A stretch of DNA of 64,000 nt from the NCBI RefSeq assembly GCF_004010195.1, contig NC_057715.1:76594217-76658216 (forward strand). Reading direction: 5' to 3'. This DNA comes from Chiloscyllium plagiosum. Taxonomy: Eukaryota. The translations under genes and the position numbers were made by a program. Of the stretch, positions 61,197-64,000 are shown in pieces (position 1 is the stretch's first letter; each line of letters starts with the position of its first letter). The notes under the pieces were generated by a model that was not told the DNA's origin, ran no database searches, and was given only the letters and a program-made list of their open reading frames with translations.

Positions 61197-63720
61197 GCTG
61201 TACTTTTTGGAAATTTATGCAAAAATAATTTTTTTATGTTTGTACTTTTCATTCTTCACATGGATAAATTATTTTTGGATCCATTGTTTTAATCAAAATT
61301 TTAGTCAATTATTGGAAGTACTTATAATCGATTGCTTAGTTTTAATGATAGCATGCTTTGCACAATCATTTGTGGTGTTAATGCATTTTTAAAAAATGGA
61401 AGTTTGTATATTGTTACAAATGATCATGGTCAAATGTATTAATATGTTAATGTACAATCATGCCAAACACCGAGGCCTCTTCAGAATCATCTTACTGGAG
61501 TAGCAATGTAATGCACTGCAAAAGTGGCTCCATCTACTAATAATTATCGTCTTGGAAAGTTCTACACTTTCTCTTGCTATCTGGTGCAAAATTTAAGAAT
61601 ACATTCTGGCAGTTTGTTTTATCCCCTCCTGATAGTTACCAAAATAGTTGAAATATTTGGGAATATGTTTCTTTGCTTATCACAAAAGTTTTGTGTATGA
61701 AAGAGGCTACAAATACAATGAATTTGCAGGTAAAATTGGGTTATGGGACCAGGATGATTGGAACTGGATACAAAGAGATGGGTTAGTCATCATTTTTAAT
61801 TTTCTATATACTGTACTTTTATAAATATTTAGAATTTTACAGCTGAGGAACAACTGATCTCTACTGGTATTCATGCTCCACGAAATTTTCCTTCTTACCC
61901 CATCAATGCTTCTTTTTGTTTCTTTTTCCTTCATATCCTTTACTTTCCATGAGGCAGTGCTGTTTGCATACAAAAAATGTTCTAAGTTACACACCATAAA
62001 AAAAAAAATTGGAAGTATAAAAATAAGTCATCATTGGGCATATGAGTATGTGTAATGCATAAAATAAGGGGACAGTATGATGCTAATTTATTAAATTGAG
62101 TGTTCCCAATATTTTTAAGCTAAATTTATTCCCAGTGTAGTTTATTTTTGAAAGATTTTTTTGATACAGTTGGTTTTAGGAAATGCACAATATTGAATAC
62201 AATTTGAATTTCATGTCATGATAGTTAATAGTTACATAACAAATTAATATCCTGTTTGTAAAGCGGATAAACATAGTTTCTTGGAGCAGCGATATTTGTC
62301 CTCATTTACAGTCTGAGGATTTTGAAGATGCAAAACTTAGATACTTCTGTTCCCTTTCCCTTCCTTGCATCTTTCACCTTGCACCTCTCCTAAAATCTGC
62401 ATGTGCTCAAATCAGGTTGGAGTTGGTAATATGAAAGACTTTGATGTGCTCCATTCTCCCACCAGAAGTATAAAAAGTATCATTTTGACGATTAGCCAAA
62501 AAGTCAAAAAAAGGTTCAGTGTCATTGACTTTTAGTACTGTAAATCTTACTTATATTATTGCCTTTTTCTAATCAAGGCTGACCTTTGCTTTAATTTGCA
62601 TTGCTTTCTATGAATGTTTGAGCTGACAACTGAGTTGCACATTGTGCCATCCACGCAGTTACACTGGAGTCTGATATTTGAGGAGAAATCCACAGTTAAT
62701 AAATATGGGTCAAATAAAAACCAATCTTATTATAATTCTGTGTAAGCTGTTTTGATTCAACAGCAGTGAAAAACTTAATGGCTGTTGACATATTAAACAA
62801 ACAAAGATTAGTGATAGATAGACTCAAAGCAAAAAATGGAATTTTAAGTTCTAAATTAATGTGGGAAGGGTAACATGGCAAAATGAAAGATTTAAATAAA
62901 TTAAGAATAACTGAAAATTAAAATAAACTAAGATATCTTTGCAACTAAGCTGAAGATACCCCATAATGCAGATTTGACATAAAATCACCAAGAAGTGAGG
63001 TAATGTAACTAAAGCATGCAATGTTTATACAAGTGAAATACAACAGTTTCTATGTCCACATTTAATGGTGGAAGAAGATTGCCACCACACATTTTGTTAC
63101 ATAGTGCAGACAAGATAAATCGGAAGCTACAATTTTCTTAGGCTGGATTCATGTAAGTAACTGGTGAATAACAATTTTTTAGGTGAACAATGGAACCTGC
63201 GAAGATGTTACCATGAATGCCATAAGAATCAGTGACGTGTATGGATCATCCAGCCATCCTGTAAATGGTGAATCAAACTGAGCTGTTTAATATTTTAGTT
63301 CAGACTCCTTCAAATACACTGTAGCTAATATTGTACCTTTTTTGCAATGACTTCAGATTTTCATACCATAACTAAGCTATTCAGTTTATAGCAAAAAAAC
63401 TTTGCCAATTTTTTGTACATTCTGAACACGAGTGTTTGCTTTTTGATTTGCAGTTTGATAAAAGTTTTGTGTATTTTATTTGAAATATATGAAGCAAATA
63501 AGCAGCAAAATATCTTATCAAAAAAATTGAGCTGTAACATTTTAAGTTGATAAATATTTCTGAAATTATATTAATCTTATATGCTGTATATGCTGATTGT
63601 TCATTATGATGCAAAATAGTAACAAATTTGAAAAAGTTTTGAATTGCTAAATTTTGTATTTTAACATGAGCTTTAAAATATAGCTCTAACCATTTTTAAA
63701 TCTGACTATTTTATTTCAAG

Positions 63721-64000
63721 ATTCATGGCTATCACTGTCGCCTTCACTCTCCACAAACCGTAAACTGAATGTTTCAGATTCTGTTGTGCCCATGGCGCCT
63801 CTTTCAAAACCAGTCTTCCAGTCCTCTGGACTTCAGCAGCAAGCTAAGCCATCTATGAAAGTGATTTGCGCTCACTGCAAAAAACCATTACAGAAAGGTC
63901 AAACAGCATACCAGAGGAAAGGTTCATCTTACCTCTTCTGCTCCACTACTTGCTTATCATCATTTTCTCATAAACCAGCTCCAAAGAAACTGTGTACTAC
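63721..64000 (+). CDS. ZMYM2: ZMYM2 next coding exon with the first MYM-type zinc finger (runs off the window; missed by the ORF track)
   Basis: Acceptor ttttatttcaAG at 63720, phase 1 matching the previous donor; (D)[55 protein letters not shown]. Confidence 0.96.

Noticed and set aside
60592-61392. Long ORFs of 201-266 aa
   Set aside because: Artefacts of translating the N gap

Overview
Vertebrate genomic DNA from a cartilaginous fish. The HE1-type SINEs with (AATCTA)n tails and the CR1/HER1 LINEs point to a shark, probably a carpet or bamboo shark. Two host genes sit head-to-head across a shared CpG-rich promoter at ~12.25-13.0 kb. PSPC1 is on the - strand, and only its first coding exon (11938-12252) is in the window. 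ZMYM2 is on the + strand: a probable non-coding first exon ending ~12954, a large SIM-containing coding exon at 29640-30695, a 33 kb intron, and the first MYM zinc-finger exon from 63721. Almost everything else is intronic transposon debris: CR1 LINEs, tRNA-derived SINEs, several nested decayed Gypsy/LTR elements, a Tx1-type LINE end, MITEs, and a 500-nt N gap. The most notable signal is a set of short, TSD-flanked, fold-back elements that carry minimal hammerhead-ribozyme cores (CUGANGA-stem-GAAAC-GUH). One is a 750-bp palindrome built from the GIY-YIG end of a Penelope-like element, which links the set to Penelope pseudo-LTRs. Most ORFs in the supplied track are spurious or repeat-derived. 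Repeat boundaries were read by eye and are approximate unless a TSD is quoted.
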